Shown here: positions 8,136 through 16,813 of the stretch, piece after piece
Layout: every line of letters starts with the position of its first letter
How positions within the stretch are numbered: the first letter of the stretch is position 1
NCBI GenBank assembly: GCA_964602075.1
Contig: CAZRQJ010000007.1
Location: 400 to 30,388 of the forward strand
Direction: 5' to 3'
DNA: 29,989 nucleotides
DNA from: an uncultured Planctomycetia bacterium
GTDB taxonomy: Bacteria; 4484-113; JAGGVC01
Notes under the pieces: model-generated
Database searches by the model: none
Told to the model about the DNA's origin: nothing
What the model saw: only the letters and a program-made list of their open reading frames with translations
Translations under genes and position numbers: made by a program

Positions 8136-9044
8136 ATGGGCAATTTTTCTGGCGAACGACGACAGATTCTTATTGGTCTTGCGGCGTTAGGAGGCGCGGC
8201 TGCGCTTCACCCGTTCACTGCTATGCCTGCGGAAGCGGCGGCTACAAACTTATCGAAGGCTGTCAACGACGACCCATACAAAGCCACGAAAGCCGCCGTC
8301 GAAGCGATTGGCGGTATGACTCGCTTTGTAAGTAAAGGGCAGAAAGTGTGTATTCTTCCCAATCTAGGCTGGGCGCGAACACCGGAGCAGGCAGCATGTA
8401 CACATCCGCGAGTCCTGCGTGCGCTCGCTCATATGTGCGAAGCTGCTGGCGCAAAAACCATAGACGTCTATTGTAACCCGTGCAATGACGCCCGCATATG
8501 TTACGAAAAAAGCGGCGCGGTCGAAGCATTGAAAGACACTTCGGCACGCTTGCAATATATTAACAATAACGGCTGGATACGCGTCACTGGTCCGAAAGGC
8601 GTCAAGGTGATGAAGTCGAACGAAGTTTATCGGTTGTCGCTAGAAGCGGATGTGCATATTAACGTTCCTATTCTCAAGCATCATGGCGGCGCACAATTGA
8701 CGATGTGTATGAAGAACCTGATGGGTGCAGTCTCGAATCGCGGTGTAATGCATCAGGACTTGACGAACTCAATTCCTGACTCCGTGTTGATGATCAAGAG
8801 CCACCTGTGCGTTCTCGACGCAAGTCGCATTCTAATGGCGAACGGTCCTTCGGGTGGGGACATAAAAGACGTAGTACGCAAGAATACTGTGTTTGCCGGA
8901 ATCAACCCCATTGAGGTGGACGCGCTTGGAGCGGAACTTTTTGGAGTTGCGCCATCGAGCATCAAGCATATAAAAGAAGCAAATGTGCGCGGAATGGGCG
9001 AGATAAACGTGAAGAAACTAAAGGTAAAGTTCGTTACTGCATAA
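8136..9044 (+). CDS. DUF362-family protein with twin-arginine signal peptide
   Basis: ERRQIL followed by a hydrophobic stretch and AEA cleavage site; GGM..FV.KG, PN.GW.RTPE..A.THP, PILKHHGG..T..MKNLMG. Confidence 0.85.
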   Translation: MGNFSGERRQILIGLAALGGAAALHPFTAMPAEAAATNLSKAVNDDPYKATKAAVEAIGGMTRFVSKGQKVCILPNLGWARTPEQAACTHPRVLRALAHMCEAAGAKTIDVYCNPCNDARICYEKSGAVEALKDTSARLQYINNNGWIRVTGPKGVKVMKSNEVYRLSLEADVHINVPILKHHGGAQLTMCMKNLMGAVSNRGVMHQDLTNSIPDSVLMIKSHLCVLDASRILMANGPSGGDIKDVVRKNTVFAGINPIEVDALGAELFGVAPSSIKHIKEANVRGMGEINVKKLKVKFVTA

Positions 9045-9081
9045 CTTAAAACACTCTTTACCAAGAAATAAGAGGTGTGGC

Positions 9082-10065
9082 ATGCGTTTCGAGTTTCCTT
9101 TGCGTTCTTGTGTGTATCTAATCTCTTTTATACTGACCGTTTGCACGGTTTCATTCTCTTATTACGCTGTCCAAGCACAGGATGCGGAATTCGGAAAGAC
9201 GCGGTTCGCACTGTTTGAGCCTGAATCTAATGTCTTTCTAGTAAACGATCCCAAATTTTACATGTCTTTGTCTCTGGATGGCGATGAGCGAGCCAAAGCC
9301 GAAAAACGCGTCAATCACTTGTTTAATCAGAAAGGCGGGTTGTGTCTTGGTATAACGCGCACAACCGCACTTGCCTTCGAGCAGAATACAATGAAAAAAT
9401 GGTTTCTTGAATACGACAAAGAGAATCCCGACCGGTGCTTTGCGTATGAGCGTGCGTTTGCAATTGGTTACTACAACGTATCGAGCTTTGGATTAACAAC
9501 GAACGGCATTCCGGGTAATACGATGTGGTCGAAGTTCGTCGTCGATCCAAGCGGCTCGCTTTTCAGAACGATTGTAAATCAGCATGGCTCGCCGCAGCTT
9601 CTCGAACGTGCTTATGCTCTGATGATCAAGTCATTTCCAAACTCTGGAAAGCACAATTTCAAGGAAGCGAAGCGGATATTATCGAAAGTCGAAGCTGGAC
9701 ATCCTTGGCCGGTTGGTTTTTTTACAGCCGACTTAATGACTGCGCATGCTGTTTTGGCATACGCCGTCGTTGGTGAAAATCATTTGCGCGACAACGAACT
9801 CTCAATTGTATTAGCCGTTTGGGACCCGAATAATATTCGTGATTACTACTCAAGCGACGACGCGGAGTTTTCAACAGACGACTACGATTACATCGAGATT
9901 GCGCCTTCGGGGGATTTGTCTGTTTCGCTTGTTGAAACCCCTAGCGATTTCTATAAGTACCTTGTTTTCGATTCGCAGTATGATCCGAACTGCTCCGACT
10001 TAACGGACAACCTCAGCGAATCGCTTATGAACCAAGCTGAAGCTATGGGGAAATCTTGGGGTTGA
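9082..10065 (+). CDS. Secreted hypothetical protein, possible papain/transglutaminase-like Cys-His-Asp hydrolase
   Basis: Hydrophobic N-terminal signal (AQA site), GGLC88LG, AH222AVLAYAV, VWD248PN; GAGGTG RBS. Confidence 0.6.
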   Translation: MRFEFPLRSCVYLISFILTVCTVSFSYYAVQAQDAEFGKTRFALFEPESNVFLVNDPKFYMSLSLDGDERAKAEKRVNHLFNQKGGLCLGITRTTALAFEQNTMKKWFLEYDKENPDRCFAYERAFAIGYYNVSSFGLTTNGIPGNTMWSKFVVDPSGSLFRTIVNQHGSPQLLERAYALMIKSFPNSGKHNFKEAKRILSKVEAGHPWPVGFFTADLMTAHAVLAYAVVGENHLRDNELSIVLAVWDPNNIRDYYSSDDAEFSTDDYDYIEIAPSGDLSVSLVETPSDFYKYLVFDSQYDPNCSDLTDNLSESLMNQAEAMGKSWG

Positions 10066-10080
10066 TTTGTTAGCGATAAA

Positions 10081-11358
10081 TCACGCGGCTTTTTTGACAA
10101 TTTCATTAACCCATTCTCGACGCGAAACTTCTTTTAGCCCGCGCGTTCCGATGAAGATGCTCAAGATAAGAACTGCGGCACCGAAGTAATAGGGCCAGTG
10201 CCAGCTTCCAGAAGTGGGAGCCATTTCAAACAAGATAGTACCGATTACCGGTCCACCGATGCGCCCAAGCGCATCCATTGAATCGAAAAGACCAAGCGCA
10301 CCGCCTTGTCCAACCATCGAGCCCTTGCTTATAGCGCTCGCTATACAAGGAAATGTCATACCTTGCGCTATGCCGACGATGCAGCCGTAAACTGTGAACC
10401 ACACGATTGTGGGCGCAGTGGTAATCCCAATAAATGCTAACGCCATCAACGGAACTCCTACCTTCAAAAGCAAAGGCTCGCCGAACCTATTTATCAGCAG
10501 TCCGCTTGCAAGCCCTTGAAAAAGCGCACCAAAAAGTCCGAAAAAGAGGAACACTAAACCCATAGTCTTAGCCGTCGCGCCGAACCGCTCGTTAGCATAA
10601 AACGTGAACGTACTCGTCAAACATGAAAAACTCAAACTGATCATAAACGCGAAGATAAAGTAGTTCTTTAGATTGCTTGTGAAAGCTAAAACTACACGCT
10701 TGACAGGACTGGTCATCAATGTTTTTTCGCTTCCATTTGCAGCGCTGCTCTTTAGCAAAACGAGCACGAGAAATAGATTGAGAATCCCTAACAGCGCACC
10801 GGCTACGAACGGAAATCGCAAGTTCGATACAGTCCAGTTTATGTATGGAATCGTGAACGAAAATGTCGAGAAGAAACCTCCAAGCGCGGGCCCAAAAACT
10901 ATACCCATCGCCATACTGCCGCCGATCGTAGCAATCGCCGGCCCGCGATGTTTATCATTGGTTAAATCAGCTGCGTAAGCGAGTACGGATGGTAAAGCTG
11001 CAGCCGTCAGCAGTCCACCTAATACGCGTGCAATATACAAATGCCAGACTGCTTGTGACACGGCTATCAGCACGAACGTCAAAATAATTCCTATTACTCC
11101 TATCATTATTGCGGGCTTTCTGCCGTGTTTGTCGCTCCATACTCCCCAGAGTGGAGCGAAGAAAAACTGTACGATGCTGTAAAGCGCGAAAATCAAACCG
11201 AGGTCGCGCGCGTTTCCCCCAAGCTCGTCTTTAATAAAAAGCGGCATAATCGGAAACAAGACCGAAAATCCCACCATCACCATAAACATCGTAAAAGAGA
11301 GGATATAGAGTCTTGATCGAATTTCGGGAGCGAACTTGTGAAGCATGCGTATTCCCAT
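10081..11358 (-). CDS. MFS transporter, TetA/DHA1-like drug:H+ antiporter
   Basis: About 12 hydrophobic segments; motif A G.WSDKHGRKP; motif C-like G.VFGPALGG. The start may be ATG 11346. Confidence 0.9.
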   Translation of the reverse strand: MGIRMLHKFAPEIRSRLYILSFTMFMVMVGFSVLFPIMPLFIKDELGGNARDLGLIFALYSIVQFFFAPLWGVWSDKHGRKPAIMIGVIGIILTFVLIAVSQAVWHLYIARVLGGLLTAAALPSVLAYAADLTNDKHRGPAIATIGGSMAMGIVFGPALGGFFSTFSFTIPYINWTVSNLRFPFVAGALLGILNLFLVLVLLKSSAANGSEKTLMTSPVKRVVLAFTSNLKNYFIFAFMISLSFSCLTSTFTFYANERFGATAKTMGLVFLFFGLFGALFQGLASGLLINRFGEPLLLKVGVPLMALAFIGITTAPTIVWFTVYGCIVGIAQGMTFPCIASAISKGSMVGQGGALGLFDSMDALGRIGGPVIGTILFEMAPTSGSWHWPYYFGAAVLILSIFIGTRGLKEVSRREWVNEIVKKAA

Positions 11359-11419
11359 TCGTTTGATTTCGCTTGAGTTCGCTTGGGAACCGCAGGCGAA
11401 GCCCGATATAATACCATTG

Positions 11420-12304
11420 GTGATTGTATTAAGGCTTGTTTACGGCGTACAAAGCGCACTTCGATTCAGCGGTCATCTCGACATCGCAGGTGAGCTGGCA
11501 TGCTGGCTCAAGCGTGCGCGCGTCGACGTTCGGTATTCGGAAGGATTCAACCCTCACCCGCGCATGAGTTTCGCACCGCCTAAACCTGTCGGAATGTCTG
11601 CTGATAACGAACTTGTAGATGTTTATGTCGAATCGCTCGAACCGCTCAATGACTATGAACTTAAGCTCGACTTTCCCGGAGCGCTTGACGGAACTCCATC
11701 ATTCGAAAGCATGAGTTTTACATACCCGAATTCTATTGAACAAACTACATGCGCGGATTCTGTTAACTTTCATAGGATAAACTTCGATTTTGCTAATAGC
11801 GGATGGGCTGCCGAATGTGTGCGTAAACTGCACAAAACCACGTATGAATCTAGCACTGATAATAGCTCTGGTGCTGCATTGAACTCCTTACTAAAGCGAT
11901 TGACGGCGCGCAGGCATCCGCTGGTTTCGGTAAAGAGTCTTAGAGTGTTGAGCGCTGCTGATTTCAGCTTGTCGCACGCAGTCAATACGGCTTTGTATTA
12001 TGCCGAGCTAGGACATGATTCGGAATCTGTTGCTGAACAAGCATACGAATGGCTGACGAGCGGCGAGTGGTCTGTTGAGCGTAAACCGGGGTATAAACCA
12101 TCGGATATGCGAGTCCAAGCATTGGAAACAGCGATCGAACAAAACGGAAGATCAATCGGTGTGTGCGTTCTTGGATTTGCGCGACCTAACCGCACATTTT
12201 CGGCGATGCGCGTCGTCAATCATTGCGTTCGTAACTACGGTTCTGTTCCTATGGATGCTGTACGATTAGGGTTTTTCGATGCGGAGAGCAATCCGATCAT
12301 ATAA
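11420..12304 (+). CDS. Radical SAM-linked protein (TIGR03936/DUF2344-like) with internal insertion
   Basis: LRFSGHLD, RYSEGFNPHPRMSFAPP.PVG...NE. GTG 11420 chosen because TTGGGA-18-TATAAT sits 7 nt upstream. Confidence 0.8.
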   Translation: MIVLRLVYGVQSALRFSGHLDIAGELACWLKRARVDVRYSEGFNPHPRMSFAPPKPVGMSADNELVDVYVESLEPLNDYELKLDFPGALDGTPSFESMSFTYPNSIEQTTCADSVNFHRINFDFANSGWAAECVRKLHKTTYESSTDNSSGAALNSLLKRLTARRHPLVSVKSLRVLSAADFSLSHAVNTALYYAELGHDSESVAEQAYEWLTSGEWSVERKPGYKPSDMRVQALETAIEQNGRSIGVCVLGFARPNRTFSAMRVVNHCVRNYGSVPMDAVRLGFFDAESNPII

Positions 12305-12314
12305 CGATTGTCGA

Positions 12315-12344
12315 GGTTGGGAAAAGATGCTCGCAATCCCAACC
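12315..12344. terminator. Hairpin between convergent genes (possible terminator)
   Basis: GGTTGGGA / TCCCAACC 8-bp stem with a 14-nt loop; no U-tract. Confidence 0.35.
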
Positions 12345-12348
12345 ATCA

Positions 12349-12852
12349 CTAAACCGCAGGAGCATCCATGCCGTATTGGTTCCACTCTTCTTTTGTTGGG
12401 CCACAAAGTCCGGGGAACGTGAGTTCAGCCTGACGCATCAGTACGGTCATTTGTCCGCCATGATGCATTTCGTGGAATAAAAGGACATACAACGTATAAC
12501 CGCGCGCCCATTGCATGCCGTACATGTCGTCCACGACTTCGAGCGTTTCGTCCGTCCATTTTGTCTTGATTTCATTGATAAACGATGACGTTGTTTCAAC
12601 ATAAGCGTCGTAAATTTCGTTTATGGACGCAGGAATAGGTTGAGTTTCGGACGGTCCGATTACATTTAGCCCTGTACGGTTAGCCATTTCAGGATAGCTG
12701 CAAGCGATGTGCCACGCAATGCGCCCTAAATTCCTGTGTCCTGGGGCGATTTCCTGCTTTAGCGAATCGTCAGTCAGTGTTGCGAGGAATTTTGCGAATT
12801 CCTTTGAGCGCTCTTCAAAGATATTGATTGCATCCGAGACTTTTCTGAACAT
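12349..12852 (-). CDS. DinB/YfiT-family protein
   Basis: LGRIAWHI, LFHEMHHGGQMTVLMRQA, GPTKEEW; AAGGAG RBS. Confidence 0.9.
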   Translation of the reverse strand: MFRKVSDAINIFEERSKEFAKFLATLTDDSLKQEIAPGHRNLGRIAWHIACSYPEMANRTGLNVIGPSETQPIPASINEIYDAYVETTSSFINEIKTKWTDETLEVVDDMYGMQWARGYTLYVLLFHEMHHGGQMTVLMRQAELTFPGLCGPTKEEWNQYGMDAPAV

Positions 12853-12908
12853 AACATACTCCTTATCAGTACTAAATTGCCAAACAAGCTCAAATATATT
12901 GGCGCAGT

Positions 12909-12937
12909 ATATTAGCTAATAGCTATACGCTTGTCAA
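12909..12937 (-). promoter_or_regulatory. Putative sigma70 promoter for the dinB-family gene
   Basis: TTGACA (12932-12937), 17 nt spacer, TAATAT (12909-12914); overlapped by the perfect palindrome TATTAGCTAATA (12910-12921). Confidence 0.5.
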
Positions 12938-13124
12938 GATTATACATAACAACTCTTAATTCACAAACTAATTAGCTTGAAATGTTCGCTATATGTTAGT
13001 TTATCGAGGAGCATCCGTCATTTTTCGCAACAAATCTCCGAACTATATTTTATTCGTTTATTGCTTAACCGCGGATAAGGAAATCAAACGTTGGCGGGAT
13101 TTGAGTGTATGTATGGCATAATAA

Positions 13125-14066
13125 ATGAGGTATAGCATTAAGATCATGCTCGCGTACGACGAAAAACTAGGCGATATTCTCGATTCGATTGAAGTCGACG
13201 GACGTACGCGCAAATACCGTCTTCACGTTCCGCCCGATCTGCCCAAAGACAAACGTGTAGCGCTCGTTTTAGTTTTACATGGCGGCGGAGGAAACGCTTG
13301 GAACGCTCATCGAGTTACGCGCTTCTCGCTTGCAGCGGACGCACACGGTTTCGCTGTCTGCTACCCCGAAGGCACAGGCAGCGAACGTTACAGACTTACA
13401 TGGAACTCCGGTTACTGCTGCGGTTACGCTTCCGACAACAACATTGACGATGTCGCGTTCATCGACGCGCTCGTTCAACGCTTAAAATCAACCTTAAACG
13501 TAGACTCGCGTTCAATTTTCGCGGCGGGTATATCTAACGGCGGTATGATGGCGCTTCGCCTTGCGATTGAGATGAGCAGTACCTTTGCAGCAGTAGCATC
13601 CGTAGCAGGCGCACAACCGCCACTCGACTTCGAACCGCTTGACCCAATCAACGTAGTTTTAATTCACGGAACGCATGACGAATACGTTCCATACAACGGC
13701 GGGATCGGTGCGAAAGGGACGCGCTCATCTGTTCAGCACGCGAGCGTTAGGGATACCGTTCAATACTGGGTTAAAAGAAACGGCTGCAACCCTGCTCCAA
13801 AACGGGAATATCTTGACGGAACAAGTAGCTTTCGAGGGTTAGGGAGACGGAGTATGTTCGATAAACTCAACTATGGCGACTACCCAAGTGTCGTTTGCGA
13901 ACGTTTTATCGGTGGAAAGAAAGACAGCGAGGTTTGTCTTTACACGGTGAACGGCGGACTGCACGCATGGCACGGCGGTGAACGCGGTTGGCGCGGAGGA
14001 GACGAACCGTTGTCAACGTTCGATTCAACCGAAACGATCTGGCGGTTTTTTATTGGCAAGCGCTAA
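13125..14066 (+). CDS. PHB-depolymerase/LpqC-like alpha/beta-hydrolase esterase
   Basis: LVLHGGGG, YPEG, WNSGYCC, DDVAFI, GISNGG (GxSxG), HGTHDEYVP, GGLHAW. The start may be ATG 13146. Confidence 0.88.
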   Translation: MRYSIKIMLAYDEKLGDILDSIEVDGRTRKYRLHVPPDLPKDKRVALVLVLHGGGGNAWNAHRVTRFSLAADAHGFAVCYPEGTGSERYRLTWNSGYCCGYASDNNIDDVAFIDALVQRLKSTLNVDSRSIFAAGISNGGMMALRLAIEMSSTFAAVASVAGAQPPLDFEPLDPINVVLIHGTHDEYVPYNGGIGAKGTRSSVQHASVRDTVQYWVKRNGCNPAPKREYLDGTSSFRGLGRRSMFDKLNYGDYPSVVCERFIGGKKDSEVCLYTVNGGLHAWHGGERGWRGGDEPLSTFDSTETIWRFFIGKR

Positions 14067-14139
14067 ATACTATTAAAATGTTGCCTTAGCGTCACCATAA
14101 CTTAACTACCGAAAAATGCGGTTTAAGGCGTTGATTGCA

Positions 14140-14919
14140 TTAGCTTCGTTTTTGTTGAGTGTTCATACGAAATATCATTCGCAATCCGTCAAGAGTTAGG
14201 TTGGGCTCGTTGTGACTGATGAGATCACTGTGATTGAACATAATTTCTCCGAGTCCACCCGTTGCGACAACCGACGTTTCGTAGCCAAGCTCTTCCCATG
14301 CACGGCGGACAAGCCCGTCAACAAGCGCGACATTGCCGTAGAATGTGCCAGATAGAATAGCAGTGACTGTGTTTTTGCCGACGACAGAATCTGGCGGCAT
14401 CAGGTCGACGCGGGGTAGGCGCGCTGCGCGGCTAGTCAATGCTTCTAGTGCTAACTGAACACCCGGAGCGATCATACCGCCGAGATAAACGTTTGGTTTA
14501 AGGCACACATCGAAAGTAGTTGCTGTGCCAAAATCCACTACGATTAACGGTGCGCCGAAACGCGCGATTCCCGCTACTGCGTTCGCGATTCTGTCCGCGC
14601 CCACTTCCCGTGGGTCTTCGTATTGAATATCGAGACCTGTTCGCATTCCCGGACCGAGAATGAGCGCTTCAACACCGATAACCTGCTTGAGCACACGCAT
14701 CCATACACCTGTAAGTTGCGGAACTACCGAACCGATAATCGCGCCTTTGATATCGGATTCGGACATCGCTTGAGTCGAAAGAAAACTCATAACGTAGGCA
14801 GCATATTCGTCATGCGTGCGATGCGTCGCGCTGACAACGCGCCATTTACCGATGAGACTGTCCGTTTTGTAAACGCCGAAAACGGTATGAGTGTTGCCAA
14901 TATCTACAACGATTATCAT
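14140..14919 (-). CDS. coaX: Type III pantothenate kinase
   Basis: VDIGNT, EVGADRIAN, VVDFGTATT, GGMIAPG, VVATGG, LTLDGL. Confidence 0.96.
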   Translation of the reverse strand: MIIVVDIGNTHTVFGVYKTDSLIGKWRVVSATHRTHDEYAAYVMSFLSTQAMSESDIKGAIIGSVVPQLTGVWMRVLKQVIGVEALILGPGMRTGLDIQYEDPREVGADRIANAVAGIARFGAPLIVVDFGTATTFDVCLKPNVYLGGMIAPGVQLALEALTSRAARLPRVDLMPPDSVVGKNTVTAILSGTFYGNVALVDGLVRRAWEELGYETSVVATGGLGEIMFNHSDLISHNEPNLTLDGLRMIFRMNTQQKRS

Positions 14920-14942
14920 TACTTAATCCTCTGTATATCACT

Positions 14943-15773
14943 TTACAAAAAATCTAGCGCTAAATCGAGGGGGTGAGCGGAGCGCATCAACTCGCTCGTC
15001 GAAACGAAATCAACGTTTGTTTTCGCATACTCGGCAAGGTTCGACTCGTTGATTCCTCCGCTTGCTTCAAGTATCACTTTTCGCTTTACGATCTCTACAG
15101 CTTGGGCGACGAGTGCGGGGGTCATGTTATCGAGCATAATCCAGTCCACGCCAATGTCTAGCGCAGGTTGAAGGTCTTCGAGTTTGTCAATTTCGATTTC
15201 TATTTTGTAAACGGGCGAAGCAAACGCACGTACTCGCTTTACTGCATCTACAATCGATCCCACCGCAACTATGTGATTATCTTTAACTAGAATGTGGTCA
15301 TACAAACCCATCCGATGATTGACACCGCCGCCATCAACAACCGCTTTCTTTTCCCATTTGCGCCAAAGCGGAGTCGTTTTGCGGGTGTCGAGTATACGCG
15401 TGCGGCAATCGCTAGGCATCAGCGCTACGAGTTTCGACGTGTAGGTTGCAATACCGCACATATGCGACAGCAGGTTGAGAGCAAGACGCTCGCCCGTGAG
15501 TATCGCCGCAGTAGGTCCATAAATTTCGGCAACCGTGTCGCCCTTTTCAACCTGTTCACCGTTAGATACGCTCGGACGAACGGCGACGCCTTTGAATTCC
15601 GAGTAAACCAAATTCAATAGGTCTATACCTGACACAATTCCGGCTCGACGCGCTTTGACATCCGCGGATGACACGTGCGCATTATTCTTGCCGAAAATCG
15701 AATCCGTTGTCACATCGCCGTGACCAACGTCTTCGGCTAGCGCGTACTTGATTAATTCTCTGTCGGTAAGCAC
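14943..15773 (-). CDS. nadC: Quinolinate phosphoribosyltransferase
   Basis: LAEDVGHGDVTT, ERLALNLL, LDTRKTTP, NHRMGLYD.ILVKDNH, IEIEI, IMLDNM, LEASGGI. AGGAG spacing favours GTG 15773. Confidence 0.96.
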   Translation of the reverse strand: MLTDRELIKYALAEDVGHGDVTTDSIFGKNNAHVSSADVKARRAGIVSGIDLLNLVYSEFKGVAVRPSVSNGEQVEKGDTVAEIYGPTAAILTGERLALNLLSHMCGIATYTSKLVALMPSDCRTRILDTRKTTPLWRKWEKKAVVDGGGVNHRMGLYDHILVKDNHIVAVGSIVDAVKRVRAFASPVYKIEIEIDKLEDLQPALDIGVDWIMLDNMTPALVAQAVEIVKRKVILEASGGINESNLAEYAKTNVDFVSTSELMRSAHPLDLALDFL

Positions 15774-15806
15774 AGGCAACTCCTATGTGCGATAGCAAAC
15801 GAAATT

Positions 15807-16640
15807 CTAAGTGCCGATGATAAACGATTTGCCGATTTTTCGCAGGATTGCGACGGCGGACATCGGCGCAAGATAGCTTGTGCGCGGCATGTCCGGGTGC
15901 GGCTCATTCTCGAACATCATTCGCGCTTTCCCTGCTCTAGACACGGCTTCAATCGTGTGAGTGTTCACCGTCAAAAGCGGGTCGGAGACAATACGCACTA
16001 CGAACGGAATGTCGTTTCCAATCGCAAGCCTAATCGTCATAGCAACATTGATATTCTTCGGGAATGATTGAAGCGCGTCCTCGGCGGAACCTTCAAACAC
16101 CACTGTTTCAACAGCGTCATCGCGCCCGAGCGCTTTGGGCGGCTTGCGGGTTGTGAGTGAAACCGATTCAAGCCCCGATTCGCGCATCGCATGCAGTGCG
16201 TCGATCCCGCCAACCGCCCCGCTTGGTATGTAAACGCGCAGTCCCGAACGGTTTATTGTATCGAGATCGTCAGTGCTCAAATATGCAATACCGCCAACGC
16301 TCATCACCACACATGACTTGGCATGTTCGACGCACAACGTGTACGACTCTTCAGAGTTGCCGAAATCGACTAGTGACTGCGAGAGAGCGAGTAGGATATC
16401 GCGAACGGCGGATGCCTGCGCCGCTTCAAAAATAACGTCGCAATCCCGAACGAGTTCATCGAGATTTGAACTGCGGGGTTTGCATTGCGAAAGCGATTGA
16501 ATGAGCGCTGCAGTTTGCGACGAATCGATGTCACACAACGCCGTGAGATCGAAATCAAGTTCGCCGCGATCGATGAATCGGGCAACCTCGCCACCGATTG
16601 CACCGCAACCGACAATACCGAGTTTAGGAAGTTTATCCAC
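15807..16640 (-). CDS. nadX: L-aspartate dehydrogenase
   Basis: GIVGCGAIG, MSVGG, YIPSGAVGGIDAL, TTRKPP, FEGSA..A...FPKNINVA, P.TSYLA. Operonic with nadC. The start is GTG 16640 or TTG 16658. Confidence 0.9.
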   Translation of the reverse strand: MDKLPKLGIVGCGAIGGEVARFIDRGELDFDLTALCDIDSSQTAALIQSLSQCKPRSSNLDELVRDCDVIFEAAQASAVRDILLALSQSLVDFGNSEESYTLCVEHAKSCVVMSVGGIAYLSTDDLDTINRSGLRVYIPSGAVGGIDALHAMRESGLESVSLTTRKPPKALGRDDAVETVVFEGSAEDALQSFPKNINVAMTIRLAIGNDIPFVVRIVSDPLLTVNTHTIEAVSRAGKARMMFENEPHPDMPRTSYLAPMSAVAILRKIGKSFIIGT

Positions 16641-16784
16641 AGTCGAATTATACTTCAAGTTGGATTTTCATTGGGGTTTTCGCTTCTTATCTGGCATTGG
16701 CTTATATGTTACATTTGAGATAATCGATTTCTGCGAAATACGTAACGTGCGATTACAATATCACGCTACGAGTTCTGTGCACTT

Positions 16785-16806
16785 GCAGGCTACCCGCCTG
16801 TGCTAC
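16785..16806 (-). repeat. GTAG-type REP-like palindrome
   Basis: The minus strand reads GTAG-CA-CAGGC-GGGTA-GCCTG; located just past the cyclase stop. Confidence 0.55.
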
Positions 16807-16813
16807 GTTTCAA

